A DNA stretch of 64,000 nt from Verrucomicrobiota bacterium (GCA_029573725.1 JAKQDQ010000093.1:140963-204962); one strand, 5' to 3'. Shown: positions 38,103 through 48,453, counted from the stretch's first letter. Numbers and translations are program-made. The notes: generated by a model from the sequence alone, not told the origin.

Positions 38103-40416
38103 TTCCATAAAAGTGATTCACGTGAATGTCCGGCGCGCCCTGTTGTGCGCCGCGCTGTGGCTCGGCCTGCCGGACGGCGCGAACGTATCCGTCCAGGCGT
38201 GCGCGCCGGGTTTCACCCTGGATTTGTTGAGTGACGGAGATTGGCCTTTGCTGGCGGCACCCGATGCCAACTTCTGGAATGAGTTGCAAGCGCTGAACCT
38301 GCCGTTGGGAAAATTTGAATTTCTCCCCCCGTCAGACTGGGACTATGGCGGGCAAAAGCTGGAGGCAGAGGTTGCCGACCTCACGACGGCGTTGCGCAAG
38401 GCCAAAGTCCCCGATGGCGAGGCCATCCTCACCGTGGTCGCCTACCGAAAGCAACGCGCGCAGCTGAACGATTATGCCGCCGCGGTTAAAAGTTGGAAAC
38501 AGAACCTGGCCGGCGAAACTTTTTACCGCAGCACACCGTCAACCACGCCGGCCGACCTGCCGATGCTGCCCGCGTTGTCGCCCATCCCCGGATTGCCAGC
38601 CGAGTTCGCCGATTATTTTGCCGGCGCGCTCGCCTGGCAGCTCCTGACGCCAGACACCAACACCGCGCGCCAGGCCTGGCAACGCGTGCTGGCCCGCCCG
38701 GCCGCCGAACGCAAATTCAAATCCACCTGGGCCGCCTACATGCTGGGCAGGTCGTGGGAAGCCGAAAATCCGGAGCAGGCAATCACTTTCTATCGCCAAA
38801 CCCGGGAGCTGGCGCAACGCGGTTTCGCGGATAGCACCGGCCTGGCCGCGGCTTCCCTGGGGCGTGAAGCCCTGGTGGAACTGCGGCGGCGTCATTACGC
38901 AGCCGCACTCGCGTTGTATCTGGATCAATATGCCAACGGAGAATTTTCCGGAGGCGAGTCGTTGCGGCGCGCCGCCCGCGCCGCCTTCAACGACCCCGAG
39001 GCGGATTTGATTGAACTGGCCAAATCACCGCGTCTGCGTCCGGTGATGACCGCTTACGTCATCTCGAGCACCAAAACGTGGGAAGACCCGTTTTTCTCGC
39101 CCGATCCGCACGCCGCGCATGATCTCCCGGCCACCGCCAGACGCTGGCTGCGCGCCATTGAGGCCGTGCGCATCACCGAAGTGCGGGACGCCGAGCGCCT
39201 GGCCCTGGCCGCCTATCAAATCGGCGAGTATGCCCTGGCCGCCGGGTGGGCCAAACGCGCGGGCCGCTCGAACGTGGGGCAATGGCTGCAGGCCAAACTG
39301 CTGCTGCGCGAGGGACAAGTGGCCGCGGCCGCCCAAATTTTGGCGCGCCTCTCGCATCAATTATCGCCCTGCCCCCCCGGCGAATCCGACCACACCGACC
39401 TGCTCGACTCGCTGACCCTGGCGAATCATTCCGGACGCGCGCAACTGCATGGCGATTGGGGCACGCTGGCGCTTACACGGGGCGATTACACGGAAGCATT
39501 GGACACGCTGCTGCGCGCCGGTTTCTGGGAGGACGCGGCCTACGTCGCCGAACGAGTACTCACCACCGACGAGTTGAAAACTTATGTGGATCAGAACTGG
39601 CCCGACCCCCGCCCGCTCACCCCCGAGACGACACCGGTCGCAGCAGCGGCCTCGCCCAGATACTTTGAGAAAACCGATCCCATCCACAATGCCGGGCAAC
39701 TCCGATACCTGCTGGCGCGCCGGATGGCCCGGGAATCACGTGGTCGCGAGGCCGAACCCTACTTTCCGGCCGCCTGGCGCCCAAACTTGCAAGCACTGCT
39801 GGCCGCCTTGGACGGTGCGGAGAATCCCACGTCCCCCGCCACAGTGCGCGCCCGGTATTTCTACACCGCCGCCTGGATCGCCCGCACCAACGGCATCGAA
39901 CTGCTCGGCACCGAGCTGGCCCCCGACTGGTTCATCAACGAAGGACAACTCGATTCAGGTCTGACCTGGCAAGTGCGCGCCACTAATAATCTCACCGCCT
40001 CCATCAATGTCGCCTCGGAAGACGAACTGAACCGCGCCGCCCAACATCGCACCGATCCAGACCGGCGTTTCCATTATCGGTATCAAGCCGCGTTGCTGGC
40101 GTGGGAGGCGGCCAGCCTCCTGCCCGACAACACTGACGAGACCGCCCGCATCCTGTGCGTCGCCGGAAGCTGGTTGAAAATCCGGGATCCCGCCACCGCC
40201 GACCTGTTCTACAAGGCGTTGGTGCGGCGCTGCCGTCAGACTGCCATTGGCGCGCAGGCCGACGCCATGCGCTGGTTCCCCGTGTTGGACGCGGAGGGCA
40301 ACCCGAAACCTTATGTGCGCCGGGGCCGGACGCCCGATGAGGAATTCGCACCCTCTGAGGCTCCGTGGCCGGCGGCAGAGGAATGGGAGCCGATGGAAGA
40401 ACCGGTGAACCATTGA
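38083..40416 (+). CDS. Large (about 770 aa) secreted alpha-helical-repeat protein of unknown function
   Basis: Long ORF with clean coding composition. There is no in-frame ATG near the 5' end, so the candidate starts are GTGs at 38083 (GAGG SD 6 nt upstream), 38113 and 38122. The hydrophobic RRALLCAALWLGL signal-like segment follows. Confidence 0.6.
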   Translation: MKFLNGDSIKVIHVNVRRALLCAALWLGLPDGANVSVQACAPGFTLDLLSDGDWPLLAAPDANFWNELQALNLPLGKFEFLPPSDWDYGGQKLEAEVADLTTALRKAKVPDGEAILTVVAYRKQRAQLNDYAAAVKSWKQNLAGETFYRSTPSTTPADLPMLPALSPIPGLPAEFADYFAGALAWQLLTPDTNTARQAWQRVLARPAAERKFKSTWAAYMLGRSWEAENPEQAITFYRQTRELAQRGFADSTGLAAASLGREALVELRRRHYAAALALYLDQYANGEFSGGESLRRAARAAFNDPEADLIELAKSPRLRPVMTAYVISSTKTWEDPFFSPDPHAAHDLPATARRWLRAIEAVRITEVRDAERLALAAYQIGEYALAAGWAKRAGRSNVGQWLQAKLLLREGQVAAAAQILARLSHQLSPCPPGESDHTDLLDSLTLANHSGRAQLHGDWGTLALTRGDYTEALDTLLRAGFWEDAAYVAERVLTTDELKTYVDQNWPDPRPLTPETTPVAAAASPRYFEKTDPIHNAGQLRYLLARRMARESRGREAEPYFPAAWRPNLQALLAALDGAENPTSPATVRARYFYTAAWIARTNGIELLGTELAPDWFINEGQLDSGLTWQVRATNNLTASINVASEDELNRAAQHRTDPDRRFHYRYQAALLAWEAASLLPDNTDETARILCVAGSWLKIRDPATADLFYKALVRRCRQTAIGAQADAMRWFPVLDAEGNPKPYVRRGRTPDEEFAPSEAPWPAAEEWEPMEEPVNH

Positions 40417-40482
40417 CGAGACGGACGCGGGGATGCTTCCAGCCATTCCTCCGGCCCGGAAGCCGCCGCCAGGGAGGGTGAG

Positions 40483-42924
40483 TCACCCTGAATTCTGCAA
40501 CGCCAGCGCCGGCAGGCATGAAGGCTCATCCGCGGGTGTGCGCGCAAGCATCACGGTTTCAAAAACCGGCGCCGGCGGAGCGTCCAGGCTTTTGCGAACG
40601 TGCATGATCAGTTGCGGAGCCCGATAGGGCTTGGCCAGGAAGTCGAAGTGGTCACCGTGGCGGTTGCAGCCGATGATTTCGGAGCTGTACCCGCTGCTGT
40701 AGATGACCCGGAGATCGGCTTTGCGCGCGCGCAACTGCCGGGCGAGCTCCGAACCACTGATGCCGCCCGGCATGACCATGTCCGTCAACAACAGATCAAT
40801 CCGCCCCTGCTGTTGCTGCCAGACTTCCAGCGCTTGCACTCCGCTCCGAGCTTCAAACACACGGTAATTGCAACTGCGCAGCACGGTGGCGACCAACTCC
40901 CGCAGTTCCGGCTCGTCTTCAACCAGCAGAATGGTCTCCCGCCCCTCCCGCGCCATCAGCATCGTATCCTCCTGATGGTCCTTCTCCACCACAGGCGCGG
41001 GGAGCGCCGGGAAAAAGATGCGGAAAGTCGTGCCCGTCTTGGGCGTGCTGGCCACCTCAATCCAGCCCTGGTGTTGTTTGACAATGCTCAGCACCGTGGC
41101 CAGCCCCAGCCCCGAACCCCGTTCCGCCCCCTTGGTCGAGAAAAACGGCTCAAAGATGCGCGCCATGGTCTCCGGGGTCATGCCGCAACCGGTGTCCTGA
41201 AAACTGATGCTGACAAAGCGCCCCACGCGCGCGTCCGTGCAGCGTTGCACATAATCAGCGTTGATTTCCGCGAGGCTCGTGATGATCGTCAATCGCCCGC
41301 CTTTGGCCATGGCGTCCCGGGCGTTGACCACAAGGTTCATGATGACCTGCTCCATCATTCCGGCGTCGGCCTGAATGGCCGGCAGACCGGAGGCCGGGGC
41401 AATCTCAAGCGCAATATCCTCGCCCAGCAACCGCGGCAGCATCTTGCCGAAATCGGCCAGCACGGCGTTTAAATCCAACGGCCGGGTCTGCATGACCTGC
41501 TTCTGGCTGAACGTGAGCAATTTCCGGGTCAATGCCGCCGCCCGGCGGGCGGCGCCGGAAATTTGTTTCAGCGATGTCACCACCTGCGCTTCGGCCCCCG
41601 CCAGCGGCAACGCAAAATCGGCATATCCCTGGATCACGGTGAGGATGTTGTTGTAATCGTGGGCGATTCCGGCGGCGACCTGTCCCACCGATTCCAGCTT
41701 TTGCGCATGCCGGTACTGGGCCTCGAGATTGAGCCGCTCCGTGATCTCCACGCCATAACAATGCACCGCGCGAATCTCCGGCACCGGCAGGAAGGACCAG
41801 CTGAGGGTGCGCTTGGCGACCACCACCAGTTCGTCGGCATGCGGCGCGCCGCTCCGCATGCACTCTGCAACGATGGCGTGCAGGCTGGCGGGTAAAATTT
41901 CCAGCAAATGTTTTTTGTTCAACGACCGCAGCAGGGCGTGCGCGGCCTCGTTGGCGTAACTGATCCCGCCGGCATTGGTCAGCTCCAGGATCGGGTTGGG
42001 ATTGACGCGCGGGAACGCGGCCAGGCGCTCCGCCTGCGCCTCCGCGCGCTTGCGCTGGATGCACAAAGCCACCCCGTTGGCCACCGAGCCCAGCTCCTGC
42101 AGTATCGTTTCCGGCAGCGTCTCCGGCGCATACACCGCCAGCGCGCCGATCAATTGCTCCTCCATCAGCAGTGGATAGGCGGCGCCGGATCGAATGCCGG
42201 CCTGCCGCAACGCCGCGGCGACGGCGGGCGGCGCGATGTCCGCCAGCGACGCATGCCACATGGGCCGCCCCGCCTTCAACGCCGCCACATCAAAGCTCTG
42301 CGCCAGACCGGGCAGTTCATCCGCCGCCGTACCGACGCTGGCCAGTGTTTCAAAACCCGCCTGCTCCGCTGCGCAGGTCAACACCTGCGCCAGCGACACG
42401 TTCAGGTACTGGCACATGCTCGCCGCGCATTTTTCCATCACCTCCGGCAACGGGGCACGGCGGGTCAGCGCCAACCCCACCTGCATGCCAAACGCCGCCA
42501 GCCGCGCTTGCTCGAAGGCGGCCGCCGAGGCCGCCCGTTTCCTTTCGATGGCATAACGCAGCGCACGCTCCAGCTGCGGCGCTTCAATCTCGCCCTTGAT
42601 CAGGAAATCCGCGGCGCCCGCCTTCATCGCAGCGTGATCGGCATCGGCGCCGCCCGCACCGGTCAACAACACCACCGGCGCCTCCGCGCCGGCGGCGCGG
42701 GCGGCCTGCAGCAGTTCCACGCCGTCATGGCCTCCCAGCCGGAAATCCATCAGACACACCTCCTGGGCGTTGGTCACCATCGCCCGCAACCCCTCCTCGT
42801 AATTGCGGGCCCGTTCAATGACGAACTTGGGACGCCGGATTTCCTTGAGCAACTCGCTCGTCAGAAAGAAATCCTCGTCGTCATCCTCGACGACCAGGAT
42901 GCGGATGGCCGGCGTGGGATTCAT
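40483..42924 (-). CDS. Hybrid sensor histidine kinase (REC-GAF-PAS-HisKA-HATPase_c-REC)
   Basis: 813 aa. N-terminal receiver (ILVVEDDDED...CLMDFRLGG), H-box AAGIAHDYNNIL, N/G boxes (NLVVNARDAM, DTGCGM, GSGLGLA), C-terminal receiver (ILLVEDEPELR...LLLTDMVMPG). Confidence 0.9.
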   Translation of the reverse strand: MNPTPAIRILVVEDDDEDFFLTSELLKEIRRPKFVIERARNYEEGLRAMVTNAQEVCLMDFRLGGHDGVELLQAARAAGAEAPVVLLTGAGGADADHAAMKAGAADFLIKGEIEAPQLERALRYAIERKRAASAAAFEQARLAAFGMQVGLALTRRAPLPEVMEKCAASMCQYLNVSLAQVLTCAAEQAGFETLASVGTAADELPGLAQSFDVAALKAGRPMWHASLADIAPPAVAAALRQAGIRSGAAYPLLMEEQLIGALAVYAPETLPETILQELGSVANGVALCIQRKRAEAQAERLAAFPRVNPNPILELTNAGGISYANEAAHALLRSLNKKHLLEILPASLHAIVAECMRSGAPHADELVVVAKRTLSWSFLPVPEIRAVHCYGVEITERLNLEAQYRHAQKLESVGQVAAGIAHDYNNILTVIQGYADFALPLAGAEAQVVTSLKQISGAARRAAALTRKLLTFSQKQVMQTRPLDLNAVLADFGKMLPRLLGEDIALEIAPASGLPAIQADAGMMEQVIMNLVVNARDAMAKGGRLTIITSLAEINADYVQRCTDARVGRFVSISFQDTGCGMTPETMARIFEPFFSTKGAERGSGLGLATVLSIVKQHQGWIEVASTPKTGTTFRIFFPALPAPVVEKDHQEDTMLMAREGRETILLVEDEPELRELVATVLRSCNYRVFEARSGVQALEVWQQQQGRIDLLLTDMVMPGGISGSELARQLRARKADLRVIYSSGYSSEIIGCNRHGDHFDFLAKPYRAPQLIMHVRKSLDAPPAPVFETVMLARTPADEPSCLPALALQNSG

Positions 42925-43376
42925 GTGCAGGCGGTGGACGGCAGTTCAACGGTGCGGAACCAATAGCCGGTAAGTTGCGCAATGATGCTCACCAGCTCGT
43001 CAAATTCCGCCGGTTTTGTCACAAATGAATTGGCGCCGAGATCGTACACCCGGGTGATGTCCGTGTGCGCCCGCGAGGTGGTGAAGACCACCACCGGCAC
43101 GCCGCGCAGCGCGGCGTGGGCGCGGATCTCCTTCAACGCCTCCCGCCCGTCTTTGCGCGGCATGTTCAGATCCAGCAAAATCAAGTCCGGCCGCGGCGCC
43201 TCGCCTTCCGGTGCGAATCTGCCGCGCTGCAACAGGTAATCCACCAGCTCTTCACCATCCGCCACGAAGCGCACCGCCCCGGTCGTCCCGCTTTCCGCGA
43301 AGGCATCCTTCACCAGCAGCCGATCATCGGCGTCGTCCTCGGCCATCAGGATCAGGTAATTCCGCTCCTTGTTCAT
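42921..43376 (-). CDS. Single-domain response regulator (CheY/Rcp1-like)
   Basis: 151 aa. Motifs: ILMAEDDADD, LILLDLNMPRKDG, SFVTKP. Its stop overlaps the downstream hybrid-kinase start (ATGA). Confidence 0.9.
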   Translation of the reverse strand: MNKERNYLILMAEDDADDRLLVKDAFAESGTTGAVRFVADGEELVDYLLQRGRFAPEGEAPRPDLILLDLNMPRKDGREALKEIRAHAALRGVPVVVFTTSRAHTDITRVYDLGANSFVTKPAEFDELVSIIAQLTGYWFRTVELPSTACT

Positions 43377-43380
43377 GATC

Positions 43381-45090
43381 TCAATTTTTCCTCCGTTTGG
43401 CGGGTTTCAGCGGCAGCCGCACCAGGAACGTCGCGCCCTGTCCCGGTTGACTGCGGGCGGTGATGCTTCCGCCGTGCCGTTCGGTGATGCGCCGGCACAC
43501 GGCCAGGCCAATCCCGGTCCCCTCATATTCCTGGCGGTTGTGCAACCGTTGAAAGACGGCGAAAATCTTGTCGAGATACTTCTCCTCAAACCCGATGCCG
43601 TTGTCCTTCACGGTCAATTCACAAACGGGACCGGCCGGACTGCCCTCCTCCGCCGGGGACAGGACGTTGGCGCTGATTTCAACGCGAGGTTTGACCTCCG
43701 GAGCATGAAACTTCAGCGCGTTGCCGATCAAATTCTGCAGCAGCTGCCGCAGTTGCATCGGGTCCGCCTCGAGTGTTGGCAGGGGGCCCACCTCCACCGT
43801 GGCGCCGGATTTTTCAATCGGCACCTCCAGGTCGCTCAACACTTCACGCGTCAGCTTGTTCAAATCCACGGCCACGAACGGATCCATCCGGCTGATGACG
43901 CGGGAGAACGTGAGCAGGTCGGCGATCAGCGTCTGCATGCGCACCGCGGCGTTCTGCATGCGGGCCAGATAGTCGGCCCCTTCGGGCGGCAGCGCGTTGC
44001 CGCATTTGGTTTTCAACCGGTCCCCGAACGCCCGGATTTTGCGCAGCGGCTCCTGCAAATCGTGCGAGGCCACAAACGCAAACTGTTCCAGTTCGGCGTT
44101 GGAACGCGCCAGTTCCGCCGCCTTTTCCTCCAGCGCCTCCGCCGCCTGCTTGCGTTCGGTGATGTCCTTGAACAGGACCACGCGGCCCACCGGCCGGTCA
44201 TTTTCGGTGATCTGCGACCGGAGAAACTCCGCCGTAAACGTCGAATGGTCCCCCCGGACCAGCGTCACCTCATTGGGCGCATGGGCGGACGCACCGGCGG
44301 CGGTGGAGATTGCCGTGGGCAGGGAGGCGCCAAACAACTCGGATTCCTTCTGCCCGACCATTTTCTCCACCTCCAGCCCCATGAGTCGCGCCGCCGTGGG
44401 GTTGACGAAGGTGATTTTGCCCGATTCATCCACCCCACAGATGCCCTCTCCGGCGGCATTCAGGATCAATTCGTACTGCCGCTGCAATTTTTGCAGTTGT
44501 TGTGAGCGCGCCTGCACATGGATTTGCAGGACGTCTTTACTGGCGGCCAGATGCTGGCTCTGCATCACCATGGTGCGCTCGTTGCGTTTGCGGCGGTTCA
44601 ACTCCTCGCGGATTTCCTCGTTGAGCCGTGTCAAGGTCCCCACTTCCGCCTCCAGTTCCCGGCGGCGTTTGATCAGGTGTTCCTCAATGGTGGTTTTCTC
44701 GACGAGTTGAATTCGCAGCCGGTCCGCCTTGAGTTCGGCCTCCACCCAGGCTTTTTGCTGCAACTCCAGCCAAATCCGCCGCAGGCGGTACATCACCAGC
44801 CACACCACGGCGGACAGAAACAAACCGAAGCTGAACACGGCCGTCATCGTCCACCATTGCGCGCTGGAGACCCCCAGTAAAAAGTCCCGGCCGTTGTCCA
44901 CATACAGCAGATTTTCGGCACCCAGGAGCAAGGTCAGCAGCGCCCCCAAAATGGTGCTGCTCAATACCGCAAACAGCAGAATGCGGCGTTCGCGTAGAAT
45001 GAATTCCGGTGGCCGGGGGACGACCAGTTCGGGCGCCTCCGCCGCGTCGGCGACGTCTGCCGGTAGTGAGATGATTTCCGCCTTCGTCAT
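43381..45090 (-). CDS. Membrane sensor histidine kinase (2 TM - coiled coil - PAS - HisKA - HATPase_c)
   Basis: 569 aa. H-box FAFVASHDLQEPLRKI, N-box NLIGNALKF, G-boxes DNGIGF and GTGIGLA. Confidence 0.9.
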   Translation of the reverse strand: MTKAEIISLPADVADAAEAPELVVPRPPEFILRERRILLFAVLSSTILGALLTLLLGAENLLYVDNGRDFLLGVSSAQWWTMTAVFSFGLFLSAVVWLVMYRLRRIWLELQQKAWVEAELKADRLRIQLVEKTTIEEHLIKRRRELEAEVGTLTRLNEEIREELNRRKRNERTMVMQSQHLAASKDVLQIHVQARSQQLQKLQRQYELILNAAGEGICGVDESGKITFVNPTAARLMGLEVEKMVGQKESELFGASLPTAISTAAGASAHAPNEVTLVRGDHSTFTAEFLRSQITENDRPVGRVVLFKDITERKQAAEALEEKAAELARSNAELEQFAFVASHDLQEPLRKIRAFGDRLKTKCGNALPPEGADYLARMQNAAVRMQTLIADLLTFSRVISRMDPFVAVDLNKLTREVLSDLEVPIEKSGATVEVGPLPTLEADPMQLRQLLQNLIGNALKFHAPEVKPRVEISANVLSPAEEGSPAGPVCELTVKDNGIGFEEKYLDKIFAVFQRLHNRQEYEGTGIGLAVCRRITERHGGSITARSQPGQGATFLVRLPLKPAKRRKN

Positions 45091-45281
45091 TTTGCTTCGT
45101 TGCCATCAGCAAGCGTACGACCGGGCTTGCCCGTTGAGGTGATTCATCGCAAGCAGCTTAAAGACCAAGGCCACCGTTGCCGGCCGGTCCCGCCCGCCGT
45201 CCCGGCCGGCCCGGGCATTTACAACGCCCGCGCCTTGCCCTTTAATGGGTCAACCATGTTTACAAACAAGGCATCCTCGGC

Positions 45282-46103
45282 ATGACGGCAACGCAGGAAA
45301 CCATCGGTCTGCTGGCCGGCAACCGCACCCTGCCGCTGCTCTTTGCCCGGCAGGCCCGCCGCCTGGGGGTGAAACGCATCGTCGCCGTCGGCTTTGAAGG
45401 CGAAACCGATCCCGGGCTGGCCTCCCTCGTGGATGACATGGTATGGGTGAAAGTCGGACAACTCACCAAAATGATCACCGCCCTCACGCAGCGCGGCGTG
45501 ACCCAATGTGTGATGCTCGGCCAGATCGCCCCCAAGAACCTGTTCGAGGTCCGGCCGGACCTGCGCGCCATGGGGGTCCTGCTGCGACTGAAGGAACGCA
45601 ACGCCCACACGATTTTCGGCGCCATCGCCGATGAATTGAAAAAAGATGGCATCACCCTGGTTGAAGCCGAGCCCTGGCTGCGCCCGCTCATGCCGGGAGC
45701 GGGATTCCGGCTCGGACGCCAATTAACCGGCGACCAGCAGGCCGACGTGGATTTCGGATTCCGGATCGCGAAGGAGATTTCACGGCTCGAGATCGGACAG
45801 CTGGTGGTGGTCAAGGAAGGGACGGTGCTGGCCGTGGAAGGTTTCGAGGGTACCGACAATTGCCTGCTGCGCGGCGGACAACTGGCCGGCAAAAACGGGG
45901 GCGGCGTGGCCGTCAAGGTCGCCAAGGCCGGACACGACATGCGCTTCGATGTGCCCTGTCTCGGACCGCAAACCCTGACCACATGCGCGCACGCGGGCAT
46001 TGCCGTGCTCGCCTTTGAATCCCAGCGCAGCCTGATTCTGGAACCGGAGGTTTGCGCCCGGCTGGCGGCGCAACATAAACTGGCGGTAACCACCGTCGGC
46101 TGA
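45282..46103 (+). CDS. lpxI: UDP-2,3-diacylglucosamine pyrophosphatase LpxI (DUF1009)
   Basis: 273 aa. Motifs: IGLLAGNRTLPLLFA, EIGQLVVVKEGTVLAVEGFEGTD, VKVAKAGHDMRFDVP. Confidence 0.85.
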   Translation: MTATQETIGLLAGNRTLPLLFARQARRLGVKRIVAVGFEGETDPGLASLVDDMVWVKVGQLTKMITALTQRGVTQCVMLGQIAPKNLFEVRPDLRAMGVLLRLKERNAHTIFGAIADELKKDGITLVEAEPWLRPLMPGAGFRLGRQLTGDQQADVDFGFRIAKEISRLEIGQLVVVKEGTVLAVEGFEGTDNCLLRGGQLAGKNGGGVAVKVAKAGHDMRFDVPCLGPQTLTTCAHAGIAVLAFESQRSLILEPEVCARLAAQHKLAVTTVG

Positions 46104-46169
46104 CCCGCCAGCCGGCCAACTCGCGGCTTGACCCCGGCGCGCAGACTTCGGAACTTAACCCCCCTGACG

Positions 46170-46673
46170 ATGTTCAAATCTTACGAATTGTTCGGCTTCA
46201 TGTCGCCCACGCTGGCGAGTGAAATTCTTGCCTTTGCTTACGAATCGGAGAAACCCACGTATCGCGCGGTTCTGCAAGCCGTGGCCGAGGCGCGGCGGGT
46301 ACGGCCGGTTTTTCTCGAGCGCCGCGAACGCCACGAGCGTCATGCCACCATGTTGAGCACTCTCGCCCGACCGAATCTGGACGTCGCCGCCGGCACGCTG
46401 CTGCGCACCTGGCTCGTCAAAAAATATCAATCCATGCTGACGGATTTTCTCAACGCCTTGGAGATTCCGAACGAAAATGGCGTGGTGGAAGATCTGCCGG
46501 AATCCATGAGCGATGAAAAATTGAAGGCGGCCGTGGAAGCATTGCTTGCCAAGTATCCGCCGGAAGCTGTGGCGGTTTATCTGAACGCGTTCAACGGAAT
46601 GAACGAGGCAAATTGGGCGAACTTGCAACAACTCCTCGCAAACGACCCCCGCCTGCAGCTCGGCGCCGGTTGA
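46170..46673 (+). CDS. Hypothetical protein (167 aa)
   Basis: ATG at 46170 (MFKSYELFGF...) with a balanced helical-looking composition. I recognise no family. Confidence 0.55.
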   Translation: MFKSYELFGFMSPTLASEILAFAYESEKPTYRAVLQAVAEARRVRPVFLERRERHERHATMLSTLARPNLDVAAGTLLRTWLVKKYQSMLTDFLNALEIPNENGVVEDLPESMSDEKLKAAVEALLAKYPPEAVAVYLNAFNGMNEANWANLQQLLANDPRLQLGAG

Positions 46674-46881
46674 GCGTCACCCGCCTGCCGCCCCGGAAGT
46701 CCAGCGCCGCCCGGCCGCCCGCATCCACCCGCTGCCGTTTACAACCGCCCCCTCCCCCCGGACGCCCGGACCGAGCCGGCCCACACATCTCTCCCACTCA
46801 GTGCGCCATAAATCTTCTGGCGGGACGGCGGAACTTTTGTATGGTTCCCTGGTTTGGTTTCCATTCAAAACGACTACGAAT

Positions 46882-48354
46882 ATGCAACCTACAGGTGACA
46901 TTGCTCTCATCGGCCTGGCCGTCATGGGCCAGAATCTCATCTTAAACATGAACGACCATGGCTTCACCGTCGTGGCCTACAATCGCACCATCGAAAAAGT
47001 GGATCACTTTCTGGCGAATGAGGCCCGGGGCACGAAAGTCCTTGGCGCTCATTCCATCGCGGAAATGGTTGCCAAGCTGAAGCGGCCCCGCCGCGTGATG
47101 CTGCTCGTCAAGGCCGGCAAGCCTGTGGATGATTTTATCGAGCAACTGCTGCCGCACCTCGAATCGGGCGACATCATCATTGATGGCGGCAACTCCCTGT
47201 TTGAGGATACCAACCGCCGCCAGCACTATGTCGAAAGCAAAGGGCTGCTCTACATCGGCACGGGCGTGAGCGGCGGTGAGGAAGGCGCACGCCACGGCCC
47301 CAGCATCATGCCGGGCGGTTCCCCGGCCGCCTGGCCGCACGTCAAACCCATCCTGCAAGCCGTCGCCGCCAAGGTGGAAGACGGCACGCCGTGTTGCGAT
47401 TGGGTCGGCGAACAGGGCGCCGGGCACTATGTAAAGATGGTGCATAACGGCATTGAATACGGCGACATGCAGCTCATTTGCGAGGCCTACAACCTCATGA
47501 AACAGGGCCTGGGCATGAGCACTGATGAAATGCACTCCGTCTTTGCCGAGTGGAATCAAGGTGAGCTGGACAGTTATCTGATTGAAATCACCCGCGATAT
47601 CCTGGCGCACAAAGACGCCGACGGCACGCCGCTGGTGGACAACATTCTCGACACCGCCGGCCAGAAAGGCACCGGCAAATGGACGGTGATCAACTCCCAG
47701 GACCTCGGCATCCCCATCACCCTGATTGCCGAGGCGGTCTATGCCCGTTGCGTTTCCGCCTTGAAGGACGAGCGGGTGAAAGCCGCCCGCAAGCTGAAGG
47801 GACCGCGCCCCACCCTGGGCTCCATCGCCAGCAATCCGGAGAAGAAAAAGGCTTTCATCCAGGACATCCAGAGCGCCCTCTACGCTTCAAAAATCACCAG
47901 TTACGCCCAGGGCTACATGCTGATGCGCGCGGCCGCCCAGCAATACAAATGGAACTTGAACTACGGCGGGATCGCGCTGATGTGGCGCGGCGGTTGCATC
48001 ATCCGTTCGCGCTTCCTCGGGAAAATCAAAGCGGCCTACGATGCCAGGCCCAAGCTCCCGAATCTGCTGCTGGATGATTATTTCCGCGCCGAAATCAAGA
48101 AGGCGCAAAAAGGCTGGCGCAACGTCGTGGCCACCGCCGCAAAAAAGGGCATCCCCGCACCGGCCTTCAGCACCGCACTGGCCTTTTATGATCAATATCG
48201 CAGCGCGATATTGCCGGCCAATTTGTTACAGGCGCAGCGTGATTACTTCGGCGCGCACACTTACGAGCGCGTGGACAAACCGCGCGGCGAATTCTTCCAT
48301 ACCAATTGGACCGGGCGCGGCGGCACCACGAGTAGCAGCACCTACAATGTCTGA
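46882..48354 (+). CDS. gnd: 6-phosphogluconate dehydrogenase (decarboxylating)
   Basis: From the ATG at 46882: DIALIGLAVMGQNLILNM, IIDGGNS, GTGVSGGEEGAR.GPS.MPGG, HNGIEYGDMQLI. The track's 27 upstream codons were trimmed. Confidence 0.95.
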   Translation: MQPTGDIALIGLAVMGQNLILNMNDHGFTVVAYNRTIEKVDHFLANEARGTKVLGAHSIAEMVAKLKRPRRVMLLVKAGKPVDDFIEQLLPHLESGDIIIDGGNSLFEDTNRRQHYVESKGLLYIGTGVSGGEEGARHGPSIMPGGSPAAWPHVKPILQAVAAKVEDGTPCCDWVGEQGAGHYVKMVHNGIEYGDMQLICEAYNLMKQGLGMSTDEMHSVFAEWNQGELDSYLIEITRDILAHKDADGTPLVDNILDTAGQKGTGKWTVINSQDLGIPITLIAEAVYARCVSALKDERVKAARKLKGPRPTLGSIASNPEKKKAFIQDIQSALYASKITSYAQGYMLMRAAAQQYKWNLNYGGIALMWRGGCIIRSRFLGKIKAAYDARPKLPNLLLDDYFRAEIKKAQKGWRNVVATAAKKGIPAPAFSTALAFYDQYRSAILPANLLQAQRDYFGAHTYERVDKPRGEFFHTNWTGRGGTTSSSTYNV

Positions 48355-48426
48355 TGGCTGGGCCGGCCCCGTCCGCGCCATGCGGCCGGCGGAAGATTGA
48401 GCGTCAACGAAGTTACAGTCTTACAG

Positions 48427-48453
48427 AGCGCAGGCGCTTCACCTGCGCTTTTT
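48427..48453 (+). terminator. Intrinsic terminator downstream of gnd
   Basis: AGCGCAGG (48427-34), a 7-nt loop, then CCTGCGCT (48442-49), followed by a T run through 48453. Confidence 0.7.
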
